A DNA stretch of 64,000 bases, from contig OX597814.1 of the NCBI GenBank assembly GCA_951406725.2, positions 188,976,001-189,040,000 on the forward strand, given 5' to 3'. This stretch comes from Octopus vulgaris. Lineage: Eukaryota. The notes under the pieces are model-generated. The model was given only the letters and a program-made list of their open reading frames with translations. It was not told the DNA's origin and made no database searches. This document shows, piece by piece, positions 40,252-53,679 of the stretch. Position numbers and translations under genes: made by a program. Positions within the stretch are counted from its first letter, which is position 1, and every line of letters starts with the position of its first letter.

Positions 40252-40756
40252 TGTTTATCGAACATCACTATAACGTACTTCTTTATTGTTGTGAAGTAGG
40301 CTAGCACAATACGTAGATATAGAGGAGAAGCCTATAGACGTCAGCAGATGGGTAGCAGTCGGAGAAGTAGCAGAGTTGAGTAGTAGAGTCGAGTTGAGTA
40401 GTGGAGTCGAGTTGAGTAGTGGAGTCGAGTTGAGTTGAAGGCATCCGAACGTGCGACATAACAGTGGCGACGAGGATTTCATAGCACACACAGCCACTGT
40501 GTAGTATTGAGATATAACAGTGGCGACAAGGGTTTCGTAGCTCACACCGCCACTGTGTAGTATTGCGATATAACAGTGGTGACGAGGTTTCGAATAGTAC
40601 CGAAATGGAAGAGTTACTGAAAGCAGTGGTAAAATAAAAAGAGCAGCAGCAGTAGCAACTACAGAAGTTAGCAGAATGGTAATGAATACCCCTGTTCGTC
40701 TGTGTATACGGGTGAGAGAAGCGTTGAGTAGAGGTAATCCGAACGTGCGACATAAC
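40252..40756 (+). mobile_element. Internally deleted Gypsy-type LTR retrotransposon
   Basis: TGTT...AACA ends; direct repeat TCCGAACGTGCGACATAACA at 40444 and 40738; PBS-like TGGCGACGAGG after the LTR end; gag-start-like MEELLKAVVK*KEQQQ*QLQKLAE. Confidence 0.65.
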
Positions 40757-41503
40757 ATTTATGTTGAAGAAGACTTCACTTATGCGTCCCATTTTATGAG
40801 ATAGTTGAAGGCAGAGATCTGGCAGAAACATTAGCACGTCGGACAAAATAATTCACTTCATTTCTCCTGATTATATTCTGAAGTAAAATTCTACCATGGG
40901 TCACGTTACCTTTCATCATTTTTGTGGTTAATAAAGTAAGTACCAGTTGAGCAGTGGGTTGGATATAAGTGATTACACCCACTCACAAAATTGAAAGCGT
41001 TTTGCTTACGTTAAAATGGAGTTTTATAACATACAAACAGTTTAAAATCCAAACAGTTAAACACATACGAATGAACACCAAACGAACGACGAAGATATTT
41101 CCAAAAAGTCACTTCAAATAATACCATTATAAACATTTTTTTCGGTTTCATTAATATATTTTTATTGTTTTCAATAATTTCATCAAATAAATCTGTTATA
41201 TTTGTTTTTTCTGTTTTATTTTTTTTTCCGTTTACAATTTCATGACGTATATCACTCTGTCACAGACATGCGTAAAACCACATATATACAGCAAACTCTC
41301 GGAACGCCCACCCACCATTTACAAGATCACCCAAACAAGCCCACACTCACACATACAGCCACTCACCCACTCTTTCTCACACACACACACACACACACAC
41401 ACATATAAACGCTCGTACATTTTTACGCACGTGCAAACATATTTACATTTTACCTTTGAGATTATAACTAACACTGTTATATATATATACACACAAATAT
41501 ATG

Positions 41504-41534
<31 letters not shown>

Positions 41535-41694
41535 TAATATAGTATATATATGTATGTATATCTATACATACATAATATATATATACACATAATATAATAT
41601 AGTATTGTATATATATATATGATATAATAAATATATATATGATAGTAATATATAATACATATATGCATATTATATATAATTGTATGTATATATG

Positions 41695-41748
<54 letters not shown>

Positions 41749-41968
41749 CATATATATATATACATATATATATTTATATATACATATATATATTTATATA
41801 TACATATATATATATATATATATACATATATATATTTATATATACATATATATATATACATATATATATGTATATATACACATACACACACGCATATATA
41901 TATACATATGTTTTATGGTTCTTTTATTCTTTGTCTTCTTTTTCTGTTTATGGTTGTTCTTTCTTCAG

Positions 41969-42027
41969 GGTTAAACGTTCGTATCACCTGTGAGACTCAT
42001 CAGTCGTTTGATAAAAAGTTACACTGA
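41969..42027 (+). CDS. Probable terminal coding exon of the same unidentified gene
   Basis: Long polypyrimidine tract ending TTCTTTCTTCAG|GG; phase 1, matching the 10641 donor. Encodes (G)[18 protein letters not shown], followed by non-repetitive UTR-like sequence and AATAAA at 42554. Confidence 0.6.
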
Positions 42028-42553
42028 TGACATCCTCACTGTTTCAGACATTCTATGTATGCATCAGGAGAAGGGGGGAGAGGGTAAGCGGATTTACTTG
42101 CGTGCATTGATAGAAGGAAGGGTGGTGGTAGGTTTTGTATGTATGTGTGCCAACAGAAGACGTCACCTCATGTATATGTGCCCATTTACAAATGCAATAC
42201 AACGTATTGTTTGTCCATAAAAAAATCTTAAAGTTATTTTTTTTTCGTCTTTTCGTTATATTTCATAAATGGCAAGAATTTGCTTTAAAAAGAATTTATT
42301 TTTGTGTATCGATATATGTTGACTTTTTTCATTTTCTGTAGTTGTCTCTTCGTACGTTAATGATTTAATAATTGTTAACAAATGCCGTTCGTTATTAGAT
42401 TTTTGTTCTGGCTGTCTGTGAGGTACTATATGTTATATAATATACATGCAGCAGTAGATGGCAGTGCATTTGCACTTTATTTCACTTTGAAACTGTTTAT
42501 TAATATTATTATTATTAATTGGGTTTTTTTTTTACAAGATAAAGTGTCAGTGT

Positions 42554-42559
42554 AATAAA
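42554..42559 (+). terminator. Candidate poly(A) signal of the plus-strand gene
   Basis: First canonical AATAAA seen after the stop at 42027; a GU/U-rich tract follows. Confidence 0.5.
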
Positions 42560-42575
42560 TTATATCGATAAATGT

Positions 42576-42581
42576 TTTATT
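42576..42581 (-). terminator. Candidate poly(A) signal of the nuclear receptor gene
   Basis: First canonical minus-strand AATAAA seen after the stop at 43128. Confidence 0.45.
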
Positions 42582-42640
42582 GTTGTCGGTAGAAAATTTA
42601 CGATAAATGAATTTTGAATTTGTGAAGAAGTTCATTCATT

Positions 42641-42723
<83 letters not shown>

Positions 42724-42793
42724 ATATGTATATAATATATATATATATAATATATAATATATATATAACATATATACATATAATATATATATT

Positions 42794-42827
<34 letters not shown>

Positions 42828-43127
42828 GCTTGTATGTATACAAATACATGCACATTATATACATTCATATACATATGCACATGTATATGTAAACATATAT
42901 GTGTATATATATGTGTGTGTATGTGTATATGTATATATTATATATATCTAGATATATATATATACACATACATACACACACACATATATATATATATATG
43001 AATATACATTATGAACACATACATATATTTCGTGTAGTTTTTATATCTCAGCTTTCAGAATTGCGTATGTCTTTGTATATATTTATGAATGTATATGATA
43101 ATGTCAGTTATGCAATGCGTATAAGTG

Positions 43128-43381
43128 CTAGTGTCCTACATCAAATATTTCCCGCAGTAGTGGTGTTACATCTGAGTCTTTTGAGGCGCTGAGAAAACTA
43201 CCTTTTTGCAGATGGCGGCCGAAATTCTCGGTAATTTGACGAAGGTCTGGTATAAGTAGAAGCAGCTTTGGAAAGAGGAGGCGCTGGCGTGGATGATTAT
43301 GCTTCAATTCAAGTCGAAGGGCATCCAAAAGATCCAACTGAATTTGTTCGATTTTGTGAGATTCGTGTAGCCCAGGAACAT
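43128..43381 (-). CDS. Nuclear receptor LBD terminal coding exon, helices 9-12 including AF-2
   Basis: Acceptor TTTTCTCTAG|AT, phase 1, giving DVPGL (cf. DRPGL). Continues ...IEQIQLDLLDALRLELKHNHPRQRLLFPKLLLLIPDLRQITENF...PLLREIFDVGH*. Confidence 0.93.
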
Positions 43382-43486
43382 CTAGAGAAAAATGGCAAAA
43401 AAAGTAACGATGTAATTTATATACAATACATTGTGTACTACATATAAATATATATGCGTGTTTGTCTTTGTGTATGTATGCATACA

Positions 43487-43541
<55 letters not shown>

Positions 43542-43633
43542 GTGCGTACATACATACACACACACAGACACACACATATATATATATATTTGTGTATACA
43601 GGATATAGGGGAGAGATGAATTCTGAGGGATAG

Positions 43634-43672
<39 letters not shown>

Positions 43673-44576
43673 AAGGTAATGGTTTTCAAGCAATTTGACA
43701 ATTTAGTATTTAAGAACTCAGCATTTAGTAATATTATACTCACATCTTGGAGAAGATCCATTTTATTATAATATTACTTTTGAGTGGGACACCAGACAAC
43801 TTAATTAGCCAAAGCTAAACATGAATTTTCAAAGTATATATATATATAGTAATTATTATCATAAGTGTGTCTATTTGGGTATTCTAAGTATGTAGATGCA
43901 ATAAACATAAAGCAAAACAGAGAAACAACTAAGAGAAAATTGCCCTGAATAAATGTGTTCTATTGTTTAACTCTAGAAGGTTCAGTTCAAGATCGTTTGA
44001 GAAGTACGACTCTCATATTCAGGATAATGCCACGTAAACGTAAAGTTTCGTACTTAATCACACGGTATAAACGAAAGCAAAAAATGTGACCAATTATCAT
44101 ACTACCAGCCCATAATATATTCCAACCTCTAATTAGCATAAACACAATCTCTGTACCCTTCCTGCCCTCCCACTATTATAATGGTCTCAGCTTGTTATAG
44201 TTATGACCTTCCACCACTTGTACCCGGCGTACTTATTCTTCTTGGTACTCGTATCACTTCCTGTTCACAACCTACTCGTGTTTCCCTTTTCTTAATCTTT
44301 CTGTCGCAATGTCTAGGGATTCCACCATTACATCTGTCTATGTGTGTGTTCGTATGTGTATGTATAAACACATAACTGCATTTTAAATTTATGTAATGAT
44401 TGCATTGTTTAATTAAATGGAGTTGCATGAAACGATCGTACTGCATTACCTCTGGATATCCTGTAGGTTATTTTCATTATAATCACCTTATTTTCAAATT
44501 GTATGGATAATACTGTACTAAATTCTGGTACCTCAACTTAAGTACGATATTCATCTGAATCTAAATTTTTGCTAAA

Positions 44577-44674
<98 letters not shown>

Positions 44675-44901
44675 AATATTATTACTATTAGTAGTATTAG
44701 TATAATTCCAGCCAGATATGGCGTTTCCCAGTCGTAGAAACACAAATTCATTTGTCGTATATCTCATTTTTTTTTGTTACAAAAGTACGACGCTGTAGCA
44801 TAAGTGAGGTTTCTTCACAACTTCTCCTTCACAATGGCTTTATTGCGGTACATATATCTATGTATATGAACAACTACACACACACACACACACACGTATA
44901 C

Positions 44902-44953
<52 letters not shown>

Positions 44954-45664
44954 ATATACTTCAGCACACACATATATACTGTATTGTTTATATACAAGCT
45001 GTAGCGTTGTAGATAACGTATTTCAGAAATGGGAAAGAGAGCTTCCCCCCACTCCTTAGCTCTTTAACAGCTTTATAACATTTTAGCCTTTATTTAATTG
45101 TATTATACGCTTTTTATTATCAAACTATCCTCAATTTTTACTGGAAGCGATGATCGGAATCTGGGTTTAAGAGGATCTCATTTATACTGTTTTTAGGTTT
45201 CACTTATTCTGACGAAATGATAAAAGTTTCTGCATGATACAAATACAAGCAGCAGAGAAATTCGTATTAGGAATTCAAAGCGAATCTACTGTAACAGAGA
45301 ATACAAAATCAACAAGCAGACAGATTTCTACTACGCAAGCATCAAATACGTCTTCCTTTTAAGAAAACTTGCATTTTCATTTACCAGCTCTGTTCACCGA
45401 AAATACTGGCGAGCCGGATGTCTCATTCTTTGTGATGTTAAGATTTTGTTTCTGTCATATGAATGCAGCTGCCTATTATTACGGTATATAGCTTTGCTCT
45501 ATATATCATATTAAATGCTTTTATATTATACTGTTCGCAAATGTACATATTTTAAAATAGAGACTGGTGCAGATATATTCTGCTTTTTGCAATCTTTTTA
45601 TTCCAGTTGGCAAATTCCTGCAGATAACATTCAGAATTGTATCTTTTTTCCTATATAAAACACC

Positions 45665-45859
45665 TCTTTACTCTTTTACTTGTTTCAGTCATTTGACTGT
45701 GGTAATGCTGGAGCACCGCCTTTAGTCGAGGACAACAACCCCAGGACTTATTCTTTGTAAGCCTAGTACTTATTTCATCGGTCTCTTTTGCCGAACCGCT
45801 AAGTTACGGGGACTTAACACACCAGCATTGGTTATCAAGCGAAGTTGGGGAGAGGACAA

Positions 45860-45912
<53 letters not shown>

Positions 45913-46414
45913 TACGACGGACTTCTTTCAGTTTCAGTTTCGGTCTACCAAATCCACTCACAAGGCTTTGGTCGACCCGAGTCTATAGTAGAAGACACTT
46001 GCCTAAGTTGCCACGCAGTGGGACTGAACCCGGAACCATGTGGTTCGTAAGAAAGCTACTTACCACACAGCCACATGGTTCCGGGTTCAGTCCCACTGCG
46101 TAGCACCTTGGGCAAGTGTCTTCTACTATAACCTCGGGCCGCCCAAAGCCTTGTGTGTGGATTTGGTAGATGGAAACTGAAAGAAGCTCGTTATATATAT
46201 GTATATGTGTGTGTGTGTCTGTCCCCCCCAAAATCGCTTGACAACCGATGCTGGTGTGTTTATGTCCCCGTTACTTAGCAAAAGAGACCGATAGAATAAG
46301 TACTAAGCTTCCAAAGAATAAGTCCTGGGGTCAATTTGCTCGACAAAAGGCGGAGCTCCAGCATGGCCCCAGTCAAATGACTGAAACAAATAGAAGAGTA
46401 AAGAGAGTAAAGAG
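45665..46414. mobile_element. Head-to-head pair of SINE family B copies
   Basis: Minus copy 45665-46074 is fused through CCAC to plus copy 46071-46414. Confidence 0.9.
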
Positions 46415-46927
46415 TAAGGTATGTATTGGTTTGATGCTCGTTAAAGGTGGTAAAAAGGGAGTGTTTTGACGATTCGGACATATTTCTTCGTCAAGAAAAC
46501 GGAAAAGTCTAGGAAAGGAAACCTTTCACCAACAGCGTGTATGTTGTTGTTACATGACATGTTTCAATCAATAAAAACAGTGTTCTTCTCGCCCATTTCA
46601 AGCCTAGCCAGGCTCATGGGTCCGGTTTCCCGGTTTCTATGGTGTATGTGCCCCCCCCCCCCCAAGCTGGACGGAACACCAGTCTATCGCAGCGTTACTC
46701 AAGAAACAGGAAGAAAGAGTGAGAGAAAGTTGGGGCGAAAGAGTACAACAGGGGTCGCCATCACCCCCTGTCGGACCCTCGTGGAGTCTTAGGTGTTTTC
46801 GCTCAATTATCACACGCAACGCCCGGTCTGGGAATCGAAACCGCGAGTTCACTGCCCTAACCACTGGGCCATTGCTCCTCGTTAAAAAACAGTATATAAT
46901 AGAAAAATAGAAAGAAAAATTAATTAC

Positions 46928-47126
46928 CTTGAAGCAAAATGCTGGCACAGAAAAGGGCCTTCTCACCTAGCTGCAGTTGAAAGGAATTTACTTTATCGGC
47001 CAATGCTACGTGTTCTGTAAGAAGAAGCTGAGCTTCCTCGCATAAATTCGTTAATTTTCTGCTCACTAAAAATTGTCGCATGCGGCCAAATAATTGGATA
47101 CCATGCTGGTCAACAGCAGTGTGCAT
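46928..47126 (-). CDS. Nuclear receptor LBD internal exon, helices ~5-8
   Basis: Acceptor TTTTGTTTCAG|, donor G|GTAATT; 199 nt, phase 0-1. MHTAVDQHG...KVNSFQLQLGEKALFCASILLQ matches the helix-8 pattern and is in frame with both neighbouring exons. Confidence 0.88.
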
Positions 47127-47405
47127 CTGAAACAAAAGAACGTATATAAAATAGCGGTGAAAATGTAGCAAAATTCTTTAATCGGTAAAAAATAATTTAC
47201 AATGCATCGTGTCAATTTATAATTCAGAAACTCAGCATTGTTGTATGCACCCAGCATAAAACATTTTCTATATTCTTGACTGTATGCGAGCGGTCCCAAG
47301 CAGTGCTGTTTTTTGCAAGTGCTCCACCCTTTTTTGCAGCCCCTATTTATTCCATGTACTTCTCAAGATTTTTAGCCACTGGTTTATTATTAATATTATT
47401 ATTAA

Positions 47406-47439
<34 letters not shown>

Positions 47440-47479
47440 ATCCTCATCATCATCATCGTCATCGTCATCGTCATCGTCG

Positions 47480-47511
<32 letters not shown>

Positions 47512-47524
47512 TACGGTCTTTTTT

Positions 47525-47790
47525 ATTATGACATTATTTTAGCTCCGTTAGTACCGAGCATCCTCCGGAGACCAAGGTCAGCAAGGATCATTTGTTTTGT
47601 TATATATGCTAAAATTATCACCACATTTATTCCATTTTAGATGAAGAGGGCTTTCCATAGTATATGGGCTGTACTCATCAAGGTTATCTTTTGTAGTTCA
47701 CGGAGATTGGAGTTACCATGGAGTTGCTTAACATACTTCTCAGCTCCCTTTTTTATCGTTCCCAACGCACCAATTACTACTGATATTATC
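47525..47790 (-). mobile_element. R4/Dong-type LINE 3' fragment in a nuclear receptor intron
   Basis: VVIGALGTIKKGAEKYVKQL...ELQKITLMSTAHILWKAL. Confidence 0.75.
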
Positions 47791-48259
47791 GTAGTACTAA
47801 GCTTCTAAATTATAATGATTTAAATGTTATCTGCAGGAATTTGCCAACTGGAATAAAAGATTTCAATTTGCAGATATTCTGCCATGTTTCTTCTTTCACT
47901 GTTGATGCACATATCGGTCTTTACAGTCTGAGTTCAAATTCCGCCGAGTTGGACTTTGCGTTTAATCATTTCAGGGTCGATGAAATAAGTTGACCTCGGC
48001 GGCATTTGAACTTGTGTTGTTGTAAAGAATTTAATTGAATTTTTCTTCCTTTCCTTTTAGGTATCACCTGTCCGACAAGTTCTACCTGACACGTCTAGCA
48101 ATTAAGAGAATAGAGGCTAGTAAATCCTACATTTAATAGGAGAGAATATATTATGTTCTACATTCTCTCTTGAATGAAAGATAAGACTAGAAGCTTCTAT
48201 TTTTGATTGAATTATAAGCAATTAAAATTTGAAGTTTACACACACACAGACACTCACAT

Positions 48260-48325
<66 letters not shown>

Positions 48326-49849
48326 GCACGCGCGGATGCACGCACGCACGTATATACATACAAGCATACACAGCTTGGTTTTTAAACGACAAAACTTGCA
48401 CTGGAAATGTTCTATATGAAAAGCGTTAAATAACTAATATGCTATATAAACTAATCATTGAAATAAGATATAAATCTTGAATTGTCTTTTTTTAATATTT
48501 CGTCTTCGAATCAAGCAATGTTGATGAGTGCATAGTTATCCAATGCGATGAGTCTATGCACTGTTTACAATTCCGGCTTGAAGATATGCCTGACCTCAAC
48601 ATAAATGTGAACTGATGATATTTAAATAATTCTTTGAAGAATTATGGATGCAATAAGACCAAAACATCGTTTTGTTTTACGTATACACCAAGATAATGAA
48701 AGCTAAACTGACTTCTGATATTTGAAGAAAAATATTAAATTCTCAACGATACAAATTACTGATTTCTTTATCGGCAGTGTTGTCAGAGATGTCAGGCAGA
48801 CTAGTAACAGTAAATATTTGATAGCGATGGCTTAATATTATCATCCCTTTTGTCTTTGCTTCATTTAATGCTGCTATTGAACAACCGTTTTCAGTGACAT
48901 TATAATTTTACAGCTGTCAATGTCATCAATGGAAGGTCAGCATAATGTCTCAATTTCATTGATTTGCACTTGTCGTCACCATCACTACTGACTTTCCATT
49001 GACATTAATATTATTGAAACGCAATTTTCATTGACATGGAGAGTTTACCAGTCTAATGGATACACTTATAAAATCAAATTCTCTTTATGAAAGAAACGAC
49101 GGCTATCTTGCATTACAGAAATTTACAAATGAATTATATGAAATACTATACTACATTATATCGTAGCGTTTATTGAGTTTTTCCAATAAATAATTCCGCA
49201 CAGAAGTTTACAAAGCTACTTTCTGCTAGATGTACGACGTAAACCTATTAGGCTCTTATGTAGATTAACTGCGAAATCTACCGTCGCTGAAAATACTCTA
49301 AAGGCCTGTAATATCAATCGTTCGGCTGCAAATGAAACAAGCTAATCACATCACTTACCACTCTAGCATGCCATTATTAATATTATCGGGATTTAACAAT
49401 TTCACGGACAAAGTATTATCTTCTTCTATATAATTTCGCTATATCAAAACAGCAAAGAATATAAGTTGATCAGTTAAAGCATGGTCTAAGTGAAAATGGA
49501 TATATAGAACTGCTACCGTCGATATATTCTTGATTATTTATTGTTTAACTGTAGAAAGAAAATCACGCTAAGTAATAACTAGTAAATAATAAGTTATAAT
49601 AATAATAATAATAAATATTAAGTATGAAAATAAGTAATCTATATTATGCATAAATAATATGTAATCATTACAAATAAGATATTTCTTTTACAGGTAAAAT
49701 ATAATTAAGTATAAATACTCAAATAGCCATCTGTGCGACTACATTCCCTGTTATTATAGTGTATAAGAAGGGTGAACGGTAAACAACCTGGGATATAAAC
49801 AAACACACACACACGCACACACACACATACATACAAATATATATATGTA

Positions 49850-49908
<59 letters not shown>

Positions 49909-50379
49909 AGTAAATGTAGGGATAAGCAAGTTAAACAGACCAATATATAAAGTATATTAAATACAAAATATGTATAAACTCTTTAATTCTCTATATCATT
50001 TGTATTCTGTATAAGTCAGACCTTTTTGTATGTAAACATATATACATTTTTTGTTTCATGTCTTTAATATACTTTGTATTGTGACCTGTCTAAATTGTTT
50101 ATCCTTACATTTACTTTTATATCCGTTCATGTTTAAATCTTTTGAGAACTTCTAAGTGTAATCTTTACAGAGAATATCTGATTCTCATCTATGAACTATA
50201 GGTATAAATAAATAAATAAATAAATATAAGTGTGTGCGTGTGTGTGTATGTGTGTGTGTGTGTGTGTTGTGCACTGGGTAGTTTTGAATAGAAATTCAGA
50301 GAGTGAAAAAATGACACAACCAAAATTAATGTAATGCGACAAACGCCAAATTACTTTTTTCACATCCTTTCAGATGTAT

Positions 50380-50900
50380 CGACCGCATCAACAATGCTTA
50401 TATCTATCACGAGAACTAAAACAAAAAGCTGCTTCCTGGCTCCTATCCCCCACTCATGTCACACCACACAAAAGCAACAGCACTCATGAGTGAACCGCGG
50501 GAATGCCGTCCGTTTTCTTCCATGACGAGGACGTCCAATATACAGAAGTTCTGAGAGTTTAAAATACGAGCTAGAGATAGCGTAATATCTGGGAGTCATT
50601 TAATTCTTCACAGTTCTGCGGAAACTTTCCGGACATGAACTTCCCTCAACTCATCACATATGATTTGTACCGTATGTCATCGTCCATCAGACGTCTGTTA
50701 GTGAACTTCAACACTTTGTGGTGCTCCACGTTGTTCCTTATCGACCCACTGTGGATCTACTGGACGAGCTTGGCTAACCTGAGAACGTTTATCACAGAGA
50801 ATCTTTCTTTCTTGTAGCTACGGATAACACGTATTCGCAAGAGAACTCCAGCCCTTTTCCGACTCTGAACAACAATAACCTGACTGCGTTCAAAACATAC
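50380..50900 (-). mobile_element. Tc1/mariner-superfamily transposase relic
   Basis: Remnants LESSCEYVLSVATRKK and DDIRYKSYVM-x-x-GKFMS; boundaries approximate. Confidence 0.5.
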
Positions 50901-52506
50901 CGATCTTCAAGGCGCTATGGTTAGCGGATAAAGCCAAGAGAAAAGCATGCCTTTCACTTACTATATCAGATGAAAATTCAGTCACGAATGTGTCAGATAG
51001 AGAAATGAAAAAGTTAGTGCGGTATATATAGTGCTAGTGCATGCATATACAGCTGGGTGCGTGCACACATACACGTGAGTACTGTCCAAATCTCCGACCA
51101 ATCGCATACAGCTAGCTGGCATTCAATTGGCGTATCAAGTTTCGGGCATTTTGATTGGGTTTTGGATAGAAGATTCACAAAAAAGTCACTTCTATTGATT
51201 TTTTTAATGGCTTTACGGGGTGACTGGGGAAATATAAAGATGTGCACGACCACCCTTGGACGGTTTTCAATGACCATAGTAAGTGCGAGCCCTCTAACTG
51301 AAAAATCGTAGATTTGTATAAAGGACACGCACGCAGACATTTTGCCGTTTATATATAGAGAGATTACATTAGATTCTCTTTTATTTATGGCCTCTTGTAG
51401 TTCAAAAATACCCAGCGAACTGTGTATTTGGCAAAAGCCAACTCTGTTAGAAAACGCAAAGACTTAGAACGTTTTTAATGATAACGATGATATTCATGTA
51501 AGATTGATAACAATTTAATTGTCATGTCGAAAAGCATGACATATGCATATAAGGGATATTAAAAACATGTTTATTTCTATTAATAGAAATGTATATTTTA
51601 AGAAATTTCTTAAAAAAGGCGCTTGACATATAGACAAATACCGATGAAATTATAAGCACTTTTTCAAAATACAGCGACACATAGATAATTGTATGCAAGG
51701 AGAAGACTGTTATTTTATTTGCGTGTAGAAATGTGATTGTTTGAAATTCATATATCGTTAATGAGATATGCACCCTAAAATGATAAAAGTAGATCAGCAA
51801 ACCAGATGGTCAATGAAAGTATGGAACGGTGTCTACTCGATCGAACCCTTTGTTCGGAATGAAACCTAAATCACGATCAAATCTCACGCTAATTTCTAAA
51901 AAGATGGAAGGGCCAATTTGATAATGTAATCCTGGTGAGAATGACATTGAACATACATCTATTCAATTAGCACTAACCAAGTTGTAGATTCGGTTAAGCG
52001 GGGATTAAACAACAAGTAAAGCAAAATACGAATATATTTTTGGAATTAGTGACGTTTCGTCAGAGTGAAGATCAATAAAAACTGGTCCAGTATTGAAGTG
52101 TAAATACAATAGATGTGCTCTTGTCTTTGTTGTGCCTGCTAGGCATATCGAAAGAAATATCAACGCCTAATAATTCAGCATCTCATTGTTATATATAAGC
52201 TGCAGCAGGGAGAAATATTTCAATGGCAACCTCGTTAAAGTGTGTTTAAGTGATATTGAAGCACGATGTTCTATCTTGCATTTTGCGTGCGAAATATCTG
52301 CCGTAAGCAGTTTTCATAGAATAAAAAATATGTATGGCAATCCTTAAATATTGCTTTGAAAGTAAATTTTATGATTTGAAATACATTCCAATATTCATAC
52401 ATCAATACACACATTTATATACATATAGATATAATTATAAGTGTGTTTATATATGTGTATGCAATCACCAGAGCGCACACAAATGCCTGCATACATTCAT
52501 AAATCC

Positions 52507-52546
<40 letters not shown>

Positions 52547-52939
52547 GCAAATACACAAGATAAGGTAGCTATTGACACAGTTAACTTTTTCGTGCAACAT
52601 CCCTTATAGCCTTGAAATTTACTGAAAGAAACAAAAACTTGTTGGATAGACATTTTGATGCTAGCTTGATTTTTCTGGCGAAATTGACAATCTAAAATGC
52701 TATCAGACAAAACTCCTAGTGAAATAGCAAAGATTAAACCTATTTATATGCTTATGCTTGTTTAAAACGAAATAGATTTCTTACAGCTATAATCGTTTTG
52801 CTAATATAAGATGTCGATGAATGCAAACTTCATTTTGTAATGTGTTGATTGATGCAGTATAAAATCTATGAAAATATAAATTGCGGATTGGTATCAGACA
52901 CAAAACTTCAGTAGCATATTTTAACGCATTAATACTTAC

Positions 52940-53155
52940 AAGAAGAGTTGCAACTGGGAAGCTTCCGTGTTTCAAAAGATTAATTTGGTCTGTTAAGGGA
53001 AGACTTCGGAATCCAGGTATTTTCTTGACAAATTTTGCGGACGATTCCAAAAGAGGAAGTATCATATCTTGATATGCAAGGAAGACTTGTTGGAATGTTC
53101 CAGAGTCTAAAGATGTAAGTAGTTCCATATCACCGAGAAAACAAGCTATTTCCTG
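52940..53155 (-). CDS. Nuclear receptor (NR1 family, PPAR/E75/Rev-erb-like) ligand-binding domain exon, helices ~3-5
   Basis: Translates QEIACFLGDMELLTSLDSGTFQQVFLAYQDMILPLLESSAKFVKKIPGFRSLPLTDQINLLKHGSFPVATLL and contains the LBD signature F-x-K-x-IPGF-x-x-L-x-x-x-DQ-x-x-LLK. Acceptor TTTAG|CAG, donor |GTAAGT; 216 nt, phase 0-0. Confidence 0.93.
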
Positions 53156-53679
53156 CTAAATATACAATGTAAAACATAAACAGGTATTTGCAGATAGGTC
53201 TTTAAATGAGTGTAAAACAAATAAATGCTCATATTTCTTATAGCTTAAACAAAACAATAATGGAAAAATCGCATTATATTAATGTAATAATATAAGAACG
53301 TATAAATATCATATAAGTACGACAGCTTATTAATGTAGAATAACATTATATTATTGAAAATCTGATATTTGACTGTTGTATTACTGTATCTGTGACATTA
53401 TATATTGGTCCTTCAGGGGTCATAATTTAGATATTACACAATAAATTTTGGCAACATATTAATAGATCTATTATGTTATTTTACGGTTCATACAGCATCA
53501 TAATACTACACGACCGAGATTTTCTATAACTATGATATTATATTTGTTTAATCGACGTCAACTATCACTATTAAATCAGAAGAGTGTTACAATGACACCA
53601 TATTACGGTAAATATTATATCAAACCGGTTGGCCCCGTTCTATCAAAAATGAGAGCTAATTGTAGTATTTTAAAGTTGA

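Noticed and set aside
40440-40590. CRISPR-like repeat/spacer appearance
   Set aside because: The intervening sequences are themselves near-copies, the context is eukaryotic, there are no cas genes, and an LTR/PBS duplication explains it.
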